From Takakia lepidozioides (Eukaryota; Plantae; Bryophyta): a stretch of DNA of 64,000 nucleotides. The position numbers and the translations under genes are program-made. This document shows positions 52,620 to 64,000 of the stretch, in pieces; positions within the stretch are counted from its first letter, which is position 1; every line of letters starts with the position of its first letter. The notes below the pieces were generated by a model. The model was not told the origin of the DNA. It saw only the letters and a list, made by a program, of their open reading frames with translations, and searched no databases. The stretch spans positions 70,618,001 to 70,682,000 of the forward strand of contig CM060732.1 in assembly GCA_030704615.1 (NCBI GenBank). Direction: 5' to 3'.

Positions 52620-55600
52620 GTTCTGGTTATAAACTTCAAAACCAATCCGTGAATTGGATTAATGGTGGATGAGGGTCTCACCTCAATTGAAAAGGATACG
52701 TCACTACCCACCTCGGAGGTGTTGCTCGGCCCCTTGCTTCCCTCCAAGGTTTGCATACCACCCTCTGCCTCAACCCTTTCCCTTTCCCCACATCATGAGC
52801 ATGAGCCCCACCATCTACGGTGTCCGGATCAGCAATTACAGTCACCTTCATTGCAGCCCCCTCTTTCTCCCCTGCAGCCTGCCCCCCACTTACACCCTCT
52901 TTCTGCACACGTGGCAACTCAGCACTTTCCCCACCCCCTTCTGACAACACCTCGCGCTTAGATAGAATGGTGTCGGAAGGGGGCTCTTTGCTACTTGAGC
53001 CAGGGAGAACTTGTCGTTGCATGGCTGTCATGAGTTCCAGAAGTTGTGCAACTGCTTCTCCATTCCAGAGAGTTTCTGAATTATCTTCTCCATTTGCCTC
53101 TCGATGGGTGTCATGCGTGATGCCAAAGAACTGCCGCCTCCCTGTGCATACAGAAAAGAGCATTAGTCATCTCACCTCCTTCAACTCTACACCTACCTCA
53201 ACTTTCACCCTACCCAAATGCTGTTTGTGCATTGAATGGATGGAGAGGGCTAGGAAGGATGCAAGTGCAAATACCCGGCACATGGTGGCCTCCGAAGGTG
53301 CCCCCCCCATGATTCTTTGGCTGCTGCCCAAGTTCAGATAGAGAGGGCTGGCTGTGGCTTTTCTGTTTTTTCTGCACATTTGTAACCCACAACGTGGCAA
53401 ATATGAGCCTTCAACATGTTGCCAGAACCTGCTCCTAACCAGGACGTTACATACAAGGCTCACCGTGGATGAGGTGTGGTACTTGGGACCTCTGTCATGT
53501 GGCAATACACACAAATGAAGGCAAAAGAAGAAAGTGCCACAAGACCAAAACAGGTAAACACTGCTCGACCCCAACGCGAGGGATTTGTGACACAAGCACG
53601 GGCTTGCTTCATAATTTCAGTCTTGGCCACCCCTCTTGGGGACTCCCAATACTCCACAAGGCGATCCCAATATACAGGTTTGGTGTTCACAGGTCTAACT
53701 CCCTTCCCCTTACATATTTCCTTCAGTCTTGCACGCTCACCCTTCATTATCTTTGCAATCGCCCTAGCTACAAACTCTCGACTCACAGGGTGGGGTAAGT
53801 ACTCATAGTTCTCGTTCAGCATGTCCACCACTGTCGTTATGGCCACTGCATCTTGCATATCAACATTCTGCAGACTTGGATCACAGAACCTAAGTGCAAG
53901 ACTACGCAAGTCTCGCTGCCAGTGGTCCTTACCTTCACACCCCGCGTCTATTTTTCCAAGGGTTGTTACCTCCACCTTGTGGCGCTTCAAACTTTCTGCC
54001 ACCCTTGCATCCCCCTCGGTTTCCCATGTCTTAAGGGTGCGCCAGCGTGCACGCCTCAACTGTGTGGCGCGGCTGGGCTGTGCACCATCGTCATCAGAAC
54101 CATAATCACGAGTGGGGGGCTGCCATTGCGAAGGCCCTTGGGAAGATTCAGGCTCCCATGTCCAATATCCTGTAGGAGGAGGTGGACCCCATTGTGGCGG
54201 AGGCCATGTGCTGCCTGCTGTTGGCTGCAATTGCGAGGAAACGACTGTGTGTAATGTGGGGGACGTGCACAAGGGGGCTGCCGAGGTGCTGTCTCCGATG
54301 CTACCTACTCCATAGACAAAAAAGCAAGTTAGACTAGCAATGGAAGGGGCCTGCCACCCCTCACATATAGGCAAAGGAAATGATCAGTGGAAGATAAAGC
54401 AGAAAAAGCAGAAAGGGAGGCTGAGTCAAATAAAGCTCAGCCCCTTTCACACTCTTGGCACTAGACTGAAATTACAATTAAGGCAGGAAGCCTACCTTTC
54501 AACAGCAAATAGACACAGAGCGGAAAGGGGGATCGCAAATGCATTACGGGAATTGTTGTTGTGCCCTTGTTCACCAACTTTGTAAATCTCAAGGCTGAAG
54601 CAAAAGTCCAGGCCCTTTCAGGCCACTCTTGGCACTACATTGAATTTCAGCTCAGGGCAGGTAGCGTACCTTTTAACAGCAGACAAAAGCAAAGAGGAAA
54701 ATGGGATTGCAAATGCCCGTCCTGCGGAACCTGAAGACAACATTCCATTTATGATTCACTGTCATGGGAACTGTCATTCACTGTCATTCACTTTCTGAAT
54801 CACTGTCATGGTTACTCTCCCTTTACACAAGCGTCTTGACCTGCTGTGTGTGGTTTGCCCAATAACTAGGCCCCAAAAGAGGCTGTGCATTTGGCTCAGC
54901 CTCGAGACTTTCAAAGTTGGTAAACAGAGGTACAGGCACAATTCCCTTGATAGATTTGAAGAGAGTGTCTCTCTGGTGAGAGAACCCTGGACAACGAATC
55001 AGAAAATGAATATTGTCTTCAGGTTGCCTGTACAACGAGCAATTGCACTCTCCCTTTCTCCACTCTGACTGTCATAGTATCAGGCAGTCTCTCTGCATGG
55101 TCAACGTCGCTGGTGAATTATCAGCCGAGGTCCAGAGCAACATTGGAGTCAAACAGGGCTGCCCCCTTTCACCGATGGGGGACCAACACAATCAGATCTC
55201 CTCTACGCTGATGATGTTGCCCTTTCGGCACAATCCCCGGTCTTCCTGCAACGCCATCTCCACAGAGAGCACTTTGCGATTGCCAGTTTGAACAACTTTC
55301 TGAATATGTGCAGTTCGAGGAAAACTACGCCCAGGTATCTGTAGGAAGGGAGGACCGAAATCTCTTGGCTTCCCCACTGCCACTTGAGATCATCTCCTCC
55401 CTCTACTCGGTCGTTGAATGCCACCACTGCACGCCTCAAGCCCCCAAAGGTCAAAGTATCTCTTCGCGCAATCAATCAACTCATGGAGATCGGAAGGAGT
55501 CTCCCCTATGCCTGCGATACCTGGTAAGCCTGAACTACTTGTTTATACCAATGTATGTCACACTACCGGATAGAGCCCCTCACAAAGGTTTGAGGGTTCT

Positions 55601-55800
55601 CTGTGCAAGTGTGGGGCCTCTGTGGCGTTTCCTCGACATGCCTTCAATGCCGCCCCGATGTGGACTGGCACCTTCCACGCTGCTCCTCTCCTCTGCCTCA
55701 CCTTCCGCCCTGCTCCCCTCCTCTGCCTCTTCCTTGCCTGGTGTGTAGTCCGAGGTGTTGGACTTGGAGCATGTCCGCTGGCCAAAAGGTGGGGAGTGTG
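52620..55800 (-). mobile_element. CACTA TnpA-like gene, copy B, with jumbled LINE fragments at about 54440-55530
   Basis: ORF 53460-54374 carries YWDRLVEYWESP..KQARACVTNPSRWGRA. The LINE pieces occur in both orientations and include an RT motif VQSNIGVKQGCPLSP at about 55130-55175. Confidence 0.65.
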
Positions 55801-56365
55801 TGCTCCTTACAATGGGGACGGAAGGAGCTGAAGAATGACTTGTAGCAGGCCAAAACCCACGAAATATGACGTGGGACCCCAAAGCAAGGAGAGGCAAAGT
55901 TCAGCAGCAGAACACTTACAGAAACAGCGACTCTGCTGAACTATGTGGGAACTGTGAGGAGTGTGGTGAGTGTGGGGCTCCTGGCACACTGACTACTTGG
56001 CCCAGCTGCATGCATGGAGACTGTAGAGAAAACCACAGAAGATTGAAATGGGAGGAAATGACACTGTTCAATTCGCGTAGTCGCATGCAACCAAATCCAT
56101 CCGTTCATTTCGAAAAAACATTCCACGTGTAACAAATCCGAGGTCGTGAATATGACGACTTAAAGTTGACAGATCACACGGTCGGTATGTAATCACCCTG
56201 GTTGAATGTTAGGGGAGTAGAATTTACACTAACAGGGTTGAAATGATTGAATGAAGTCGCCTTCGTATATGTAACAGTAAATACTCATGGATAAAGGTAA
56301 GGTTTGTTTGTTTGAATTTATAGAGCCTATGCTCGCACATAACATAACATAGGTAACCTTGAACG

Positions 56366-56718
56366 TGTTGGAAATCAAACTCCTGACCAAGTTATTAACT
56401 ACCTAGAGTTAAGTCGGGCTTCCATAATAGCAGTGCTAACAAGTCACAAGTTAACAATAGAGATAACCCTCACTTAACTAAAAGATAGCTAAAGTTAGCT
56501 TCTGTTATTAGTGACTCAAGTCATTGTACCGAAATAGCAGGTGGAGATAAAAGCATGGAGATATGCTATAGTTATCTCAGCTATTTTTAGATTAGACTTT
56601 GAGTATAAATTGGGAGAGCTCATATGGTGAACACACAACTTGTTGTGATCTTATGGTTGGGTGGAGAGTTCTCGTAACCAGTTCATCTTTTACCTCTATT
56701 CTCTGTGGGATTCCAACA
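56366..56718. mobile_element. Possible solo LTR within a segment specific to unit B
   Basis: TGTTGGAA...TTCCAACA inverted termini and an internal TATAAAT. It is absent from the equivalent position of unit A. No clean TSD. Confidence 0.35.
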
Positions 56719-57539
56719 TAATGGAATTGTGGGGACAAGACTGTAAAGCAAACAGTGTAGTAGGGGTGGAGCTGCTCTCTAGGCAGGTCACAAGCAACTT
56801 TGGACCACCGGAATTGTAAATGATGAAGGCTGTTGTGTCACAGAGGCAAGGCACATTTGGCCGTCCAGCATCCATTGCAGATGAAGGCGTGTAATGACTG
56901 AGATCCAGGCATCCTATTCGGGAAGAAGTTGTGCGACATTCACCAGATTAGGTATGCATTTCGTGCGATATGTAGTTGAACCTTGTCCATAAGCATTTAT
57001 AGGCCGCCCTTGAGCGCAACTGCTACCGTAGCTTGTACATCTTGTTAACCCTTAAATTAAACATGGCGCTTGGGGCTGGCTAAACCTATCGTGGAGACTC
57101 ATATTGCATCCGCGCTACTGCCTTTTGTGAACACTACTTACGGGCAAGAGATGTGGATATGGAAGCGATGCGTTTTATAGAGTTCTGGATTAGCAACAAC
57201 CGGTGCATGACCAAGAGAATAAGTGGAGCGTGTCAGTGGATTCGAAGGTCGAAGAAGACAGAGAGACGACATGGCCATATAGACTGATTTCTAGCTTAGT
57301 AACAAAAAGAGGATTATGTGGTGTAGATTGCAATAGCATTGTGACTGAGCTTTGATTGAATGGACTCAGAGCAGAGACGAACGAACGTGGAAATGGTGGA
57401 AGCGCGTTGCAACTGAGAGCTTTACAACCTCAGTGCTACTTGCTTTCTGGTTGATTCTACGGCTGTGGGGCGATTTAGGGTTTCGGGGTTGACTTCATCG
57501 GTGGCTCTCCCGGGGCCTGCATCAGTCAGCCTGGACAAC

Positions 57540-59780
57540 ATGGCGCAGGGTGGCTGGGTGGACAAACTCTGGACTCTGCCTGGACTTGCTGAGGAGGAAA
57601 GGGGCGTTATACATGCGGGTCTTATTAGCTATGAGGATGGGGGTGGGGACCCAGAGCGCTACTTCCCCCGACGTGGGACAGATGGTGGGATTGTCGCACT
57701 CCTGAAGGACGCATTCCTACGAGCTCCTGCTCCTGCTCCTGGTATGTTTCACTCCTAGCTGCTTTATTGGATAGGTTTTGTAGACTCTTTGCCACCTTAT
57801 TGGATAGGATTTGTAGACTCTTTGCTACTTCATTGGATAGATGTCTTTTTGCGCATTTCTTATTCACGATGATGCTGTGAAATCATCTCTTCTTACCCTC
57901 CTTGAACCCGCTGATTCTGCAGGTGAGATTTCTTTCCTAAAAAGTGGACTAGAAAGTGTTAGCAATTCTTGTTCCTGGGTGGGTCCTTGGCAGACACGGT
58001 TGTTTGTTATTTAGATGTGGAATTCTGGTTGTGCACTCAGGGTTGAGCTCTCTTGGCAATGAGGTGTGGTGTAAGTTTCTTCGCTGCGTTCACCCATCAG
58101 GGTGTCAGCTAGTGCGTCACGTGATGCAACTGTCGCATGTTGATGTCCAATCCAGCACCTTGGACATTTTATTTTGTCATTTGAGTGCATGTTCCACTAT
58201 GTTGAAATCTTGTTTTGTTTCTACAAGCACCTGATCCTTGTGGTGGTCTGAGTTTCTCAGGGCTCTGCGGCCTGAGTTTGCTATAGTGAGGTTCAAGTAC
58301 TTAAGAGTTTGTCGGCACCAGATCATTTGCTCCTTTTGAAGAGGAAATGATAATATTAGTTATGACTTCAGATCCTTGGTTGATTATGATCTCAAATGCC
58401 AATGAGCAGCTTGTCTTCTAACCCATTCCTTCGTCAGGTACCCCCAGAGTTGACAATACTTTATCCATTCGGAAGGACATAGTTGAGCAGCCTGTGCAAC
58501 TTTGCGGAGTGGATGAGCTGCAGGGATTGTTGGAAACTGAATTGAAGGATGGCTTACGATTTCCTGTTACTTTGAATATGTGGAAGTCTTTGCCGACGAA
58601 CAGGAACAAGTTGTTCAAACTAGCTGGACCTGATGAAGAGTGTTATAAGATTGTTCCACTTGTGAATGCTATTGTGGAGCCTCCAATGCCCGCACCCACA
58701 GCTGATACAGAAGATTCTTTTCACCACCTTTGGGACACTCTTATTGAAGAATCACTTAAGTTTTTCTTTGATGGCCCTTGGCTAGCAGAGCGAAACGAGT
58801 CTGGTGAAGGGAGTACTAGTGGAACAAGGCCCAACAAGGTCGTTAGGTTTGGTTTCGGGTTCTATGCTTTGTGGAGAGGGGAAGAGAAAGGCCCTACAAC
58901 TGCTGGTGATCCAAGACAGGAATTGATTTCGAAATTGGACTGGACGTATAAACACCTCCCCTTTCTCATGGCGTACTATGCGAAGGCAGCCTTAGTGACA
59001 TTCTGTGCGCTACATGTGGTTGTGGATCCATATGGAGGATCCATGAAAATGTGTCGTGATCTCATTCAATTCAAGATATCAAAGGCAGAGGATCGACTTA
59101 AGCTTGTACTGGCCTGCATAACTATGGCGAAGTTGCTGAAAGCAATGGAAGATGTTTGCGTAAGAGAGGATGAAGTGTCGGATATGCCTCTCATTCGGAG
59201 GAACAGTGGAAAAGTTATTCGTCCATGTGGGAGGAAGGTAGAGAAGACCTATCCAGATGAGGCTTTCTACAGGAAAGTTGTAGCCATGTATGAGGCGACG
59301 TCATCTTGTCCAAATGTGGAACATCTTATGCGTAGAAGGGATTCAGACCGAACTATTGTGGTGCAGAGGGCTGTGGTTGCAAAACCAAAGAACTATGACG
59401 AACTGATGACCTGTCTCCGATGTTTGTGTGAAGCACTGCAGTGGTTGCACAGAAAAGGACTCGTGCACAGAGACATCAGGTGGGACAATGTTCTTCGTGA
59501 CAGGAATAATGCTGAGAAATGGGTACTAGTGGATCTTGATGAGGCAATAAAGAGCAAGCAGTGCTTCAAGCTCCACCGTCTAGATTCCAATTCACATGCT
59601 CCGGAGATGACAGTTGGGCCTCATGATACCATGGTTGACATCTGGGGCATTGGGTACCTTTTGTCTACTTCAAAAATTATTCTGGATGCAAAGCTTTTGG
59701 GTTTGATGGAGAAATGCAAGCATCAGGTGCCAGACCAAAGGCCAACTGCAGCAAAGTGTCTGGAGTTGCTTGATGCATGA
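57540..59780 (+). CDS. Crinkler (CRN/CR)-type protein, 514 aa: N-terminal header, restriction-endonuclease-fold domain and protein kinase; exons 57540-57741 and 58438-59780
   Basis: A phase-1 GT-AG intron joins the exons in frame (1545 nt). The REase-like part reads TRPN..LWRGEEK..PRQELISKLDWTY..LPFLMAYYA. The kinase part reads LHRKGLVHRDIRWDNVL..LVDLDEA..HAPE..DIWGIG..RPTA. Confidence 0.8.
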
Positions 59781-59958
59781 CATGTAGTCTGGTAAAAGAT
59801 GCAGAACTTTAGGAAGAATTATTCTGGATGCGAAGCTTTTGGGTTTGATGGAGAAATGCAAGCATCAGGTGCCAGACCAAAGGCCAACTGCAGCAGAGTG
59901 TCTGGAGTTGCTTGATGCATGACATGTAGTCTGGTAAAAGATGCAGAACTTTAGGAAG
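59674..59958 (+). repeat. 143-bp tandem duplication of the kinase C-terminus and stop codon
   Basis: 59674-59816 is repeated at 59817-59958. Confidence 0.9.
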
Positions 59959-59989
59959 CTTAGGTCTTCTTGGCGGTTTATTAGGAAGC

Positions 59990-61051
59990 TGTTCCTTTGC
60001 CACAGTACTTAGCATAAATGTGGGTGCAGTAGGGTCTGGTAGTGGGAGAAATAGTACAAGGAGTGGCACATTTCACCTACATTTTTGAGAGAGTGTCTCC
60101 CTCAACACCATGGGAGAAATAGTACAAGGAGTGGCACATTTCACCTACATTTTTGAGAGAGTGTCTCCCTCAACACCATGCAGCATTATATGAGTGCGCT
60201 CCTCATAGTCAGTTGCACGGAGGTTGCGACAGGGGGCCCATAATTGCTGGAGCCACATCATCCGCATCATGTCGTCCTCCAGGAAAGAGATTTTATCCCT
60301 CCATCGAGATAGAATGCGCTTCACCTACAGTCAACAACATTACAAGCATTACTTGTATAACAAGGGCAACACTGTAGGGTTAGTGGTGATCCAACAATTA
60401 CAATATCATTACACAGTGATCAACAGGTATTCAGTCTCCAGTTCAAAAACTTGTCATCTCAAACCTGTGCGGACATTAAAATACCCCGAATGAAGCAGTT
60501 GAGAATATTATACTGGCGTGTCCTCTCACTAATATTTCCCAGGCTTATATTTTAGATTAAGACCAAACAAGAGAACATTAACCCTGGAGTAATAGCTACT
60601 CACTCCTCCAACACGACGATAATGGTGCACATCGTTAACCCCGCTCCTCTCCAGCACAGAGTCCCGGGCTTCTCGATTCTCTTACATAGATCTGACACTC
60701 TGGGATTAGATGGGAATGTGATTTGATCTGCAGATGATTGAGTTGGAATTTGATATCCAGCTTGACCCTGCAAGTTGACACGTTACCCATAAGCATGCCC
60801 AAGTATGATCATAAATCTCAAGTCCGTCCCATCTAAGCAGCATTGCCTCTAGAGCGCCCATAGAGAAATGAAATGGTCTGGTACTTTGTAAAGTGCGCGG
60901 AAAGCTCATAGAGCTTATGGGACAAAATGGAAGAAAACATGAGAGAGCAAACAAAACCAGAGCCAAAAGTAAAACTATTGCTCGAGGGACTGTCAAAGGG
61001 TGAAGGCCTCGTGCAGGTAAGCTCCCAAGCATTTCTGATCCTCATAGTGGA

Positions 61052-61083
<32 letters not shown>

Positions 61084-62393
61084 AAATGTTTGCAATGTCC
61101 CAAGGGCGAAGTGCGTGTGAAAGAGATATTCACAAACCATGTAAACGGCAAAGGCTGAAGAATGAAATGAGCTTTGATCTAGGCTTTTGGAGGTCGTCAG
61201 GGGTGCCCATCCCTTCACAATCTGCCTGGCTGGGTCGGTCTCATTCATGTCTGCTACCTTTGCATAAGAACACCTTGTCCCGGCAATCGCCTCCGAACGT
61301 GTGGCCGTGCAACTTTTCGGCTCTACGGATTCCCAATTCCGTTCCAAGCTCTTAGCGTCGACATATGAGCTATCCAAAGATGGGAACACGTATAACAAAT
61401 ATTTCCAACCAAGCTTTCCTCCAAATTCGTGAAGTCGGTCGGGATAAAACTCCAAATCCAGATTCTTCAAGTTCACCTTAAGGTCACGAAGGCACTCAGC
61501 TGTGATGTCCAGAGACGCTACTGGATCTGTGATATCCACATACGCTACTGGATCTATCAGGACCATCGGCGGCCATACTTCGCATTCCGCATCCTTGTTG
61601 TCATAGTGCGGCATACTGGATGGTGTTGATGTAAACTCTGCCACACTTTAAGCAGCTGCTCAGCGAAGACAGTACCAACGTCCAACCCCTTCACATGAGC
61701 CGCAAGTTTGCGTGGTTATCACAGAAGCGCTATCTGTTCTGCAAACAGACTAGAAACAAAATAGCCAGCGCCTGCCAATTTGAGCTGACAGGTAACCCTA
61801 GTAAAACAACACGTCCCGATCAGTTTCCTTTCAGCTCAGCTTGGTCCCGATGTCCCCATAAACATCTGCTCTATGCCCTCCCACGGCTTTGCTTGCAAGT
61901 CTCGAATGAGGTCGGCAACGATCAGCTTGGCCTATGTCATATGATTCGTTGTGTCCGCCGCCCGAATTTCATAAACTCCTTCTGCCAGACAGCCGCTCTG
62001 CTTTAGCCGGAGCTTTTCGCAAGACAGTGCAGCATGCAAACTGGCAAAACCGCAAATGGCATCGCAGTTGGGCCATGTCACAGGAGCAGCTGAACCCTCC
62101 CCAATCAGCTGCTTTCCATCCATCTACACACATTCATCCACTACGGGCAAAACTTTATTATACATCCAAGTACTTGGGTTCATACATCCATTGAGAGTCC
62201 CATGGACTACGAGGAGATAGATGACGTCCATCGATTCACAGGGATGAAAACTGAATGGATGTGTCCCTACGGATGATAAAGTGAGCTCATCCCTAACGAA
62301 GCCTGTGCAGCGAGTACAATCCTTTCCCACTTTTTTCATCCTCTCTTGGCGCTCTTCCTTTCTTCTTGGTCCGCTTGTGAGAAAGGGGTCCAT
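59990..62393 (-). pseudogene. 5' half of XS-RING copy C, inverted (N-terminal region, XS and middle exons)
   Basis: Reverse complement of about 34770-36780. XS ORF 61042-61644. Upstream ORFs 62124-62393 and 61932-62123 are in the same frame, separated by TAG. Confidence 0.75.
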
Positions 62394-62898
62394 TGCGAGT
62401 TACACTAGAGCTCCGAGGAGGATTTTGAGAATGTCTCCAAATCTAATCTGCTGTTTGCTGTGAATGTAGCCGCAGAGTACACAACAAAGAACCAAAAAAA
62501 GACTCCGCTTGCCATTGATACAAATATTACAAAAAAAGAACCACACCTGAAGGTCTGAGTTTCTTGTGGTACTATCATTCGGCACTAGCATTAGGTTGGC
62601 CAGAGCGGCACCCTGAAGGTCACCCACAAGGGTTTTCGGATGAAATTTATATCTTTATCCGGACAGAACTGTGGCCGTCCATTGAGTGCGATGGGAAGGC
62701 GCAAGTGTCGGGGAGTAAACAGACCGAGATTCTGCGCCAAAGGAAGCAGGAAGCCAATGAAGGTGATCGACATAAATCTGGGCAGTAGCACCTCTGCTTC
62801 GACTTAAGCTTCCTACTCTTCTCTGGGTCTTTTGACTTGGAATGGATGGCGGGTAATAAACCACCAAGAAGATTCGAGTCTAAACAACTGCCCCTAAA

Positions 62899-64000
62899 TT
62901 TGGTAAATGCCTTATTGTTCTTTTATTGAGTTTATAAGCTCAATGGTGGGTCATATACCTAGAGCAATGAAACTCCAGAAGCTTTGAGATGTCCCATTTT
63001 GCATGATGTTGCACATCTTTCCTGCTGTAGCTGCTGGAGACCTGGTTTCTAGCAGTTTTCCTTCATGACTAGTAGTTTTCCTTCACCCTGCATGTATTGG
63101 ACCTGGACAGTAGCAGTGGCAAGCATGGTCATGGTGGCACTTTTGCTATCTACCAAGACCCAGATAATTTCAGGTCTTCACAGATTTCAATCTCCTGGGT
63201 ATGATGATCTAAGATCCTCTTTCTGTGTCTCTTGGTGTTAATCATCTCAGGACCCAAACATCCCTGAAAATGTACCTTCAGCACTGGGAACTCTATCACT
63301 GCAGCTAGCAGGCATATTGATACGAGAAAGAAAGGAACATTTTCTATTTTCAAGTGAAAGAGAGATCTGGCCAAATGTGAAGTTCAAGATTCTATCAATG
63401 ATATCTCACAGGATAAGGTCGGCTAAAGAAAAGGAGATGGACGCACTGGAGGTCATGGTAATACGGGAGAGTGAACTTGCTACAGCCGAGCAATTGGAAC
63501 TAGATAAATGTCATCAAGAATTCTGGTTATTACTAAAGACATCTATGCGGCAATATAAGAAGGATGTGATGAAGGTTAGCCTTTTCTCTCTCTATCCTCC
63601 ATATTTCATGCTATCTATACATGTGTTTTCCAGGCAAGAATCCATGATCTTGATTCCTTCATGTGGGGGTCCTTTTGCTGAAAGGTATTGGTGGTTTGTC
63701 AGCTCCTACTGAATTGACGACAAAAACGAGAGTCCATCTTGGAGCAAAGGGTGAAGGGAAGGATGCAGTTGGTGGAGCACACCGAAGTTGCCAAGAAAGA
63801 GACACTCATGCTTGAAAGTATGATGTCCATAGAAGCTACTGTCAGGGTGATGAAAAAGGTGAACCGCTTATTGAGCTAAAGCACTAGCAATCATCTTTCT
63901 ATTCACTTGTCACTCTCACTGAATGGTCTCTTGGTGAGTATCAGGTTTCCATTGCAGTGACAGTAATGCAAGCTTCACTGTGGTGTAATTATTGCAACAC
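62899..64000 (+). pseudogene. 3' half of XS-RING copy C (coiled-coil exons); runs off the window end
   Basis: Colinear with about 36825-37880 and 47325-48600. TGA at about 63716 replaces TGG. Confidence 0.8.

Larger units (their letters stand above)
46147..57045 (+). repeat. Tandem segmental unit B (~10.9 kb)
   Basis: Same gene order and termini as unit A. Confidence 0.85.

Overview
This is eukaryotic nuclear DNA with GT-AG introns, most likely from a non-seed land plant (inferred from gene similarity and transposon types). It is not prokaryotic and has no CRISPR array. The left half holds three intact housekeeping or metabolic genes: AP-5 mu subunit (8 exons, -), a DOXC-class 2-oxoglutarate/Fe(II) dioxygenase (4 exons, +) and MAD2 (6 exons, -). 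Between them lie non-LTR retroelements, a 5.6-kb hAT transposon with TIRs and TSD, a related 681-bp hAT MITE and a duplicated pre-miRNA-like fold-back. The right half (about 34.7-64 kb) is a rearranged tandem array of an ~11-kb unit. Each unit carries (i) a gene combining an SGS3-type XS domain, coiled coil and C-terminal C3HC4 RING, (ii) a decayed, possibly MinE-like gene, and (iii) a CACTA TnpA-like (Ptta/En/Spm) gene. There are two full units and a partly inverted third XS-RING copy, next to an intact two-exon Crinkler-type gene (header, REase-like domain, kinase). The best candidate for an undescribed system is this XS-RING/TnpA/Crinkler-kinase cluster. All three XS-RING copies appear disrupted. 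Domain calls were made by eye from remembered motifs; no database search was run.
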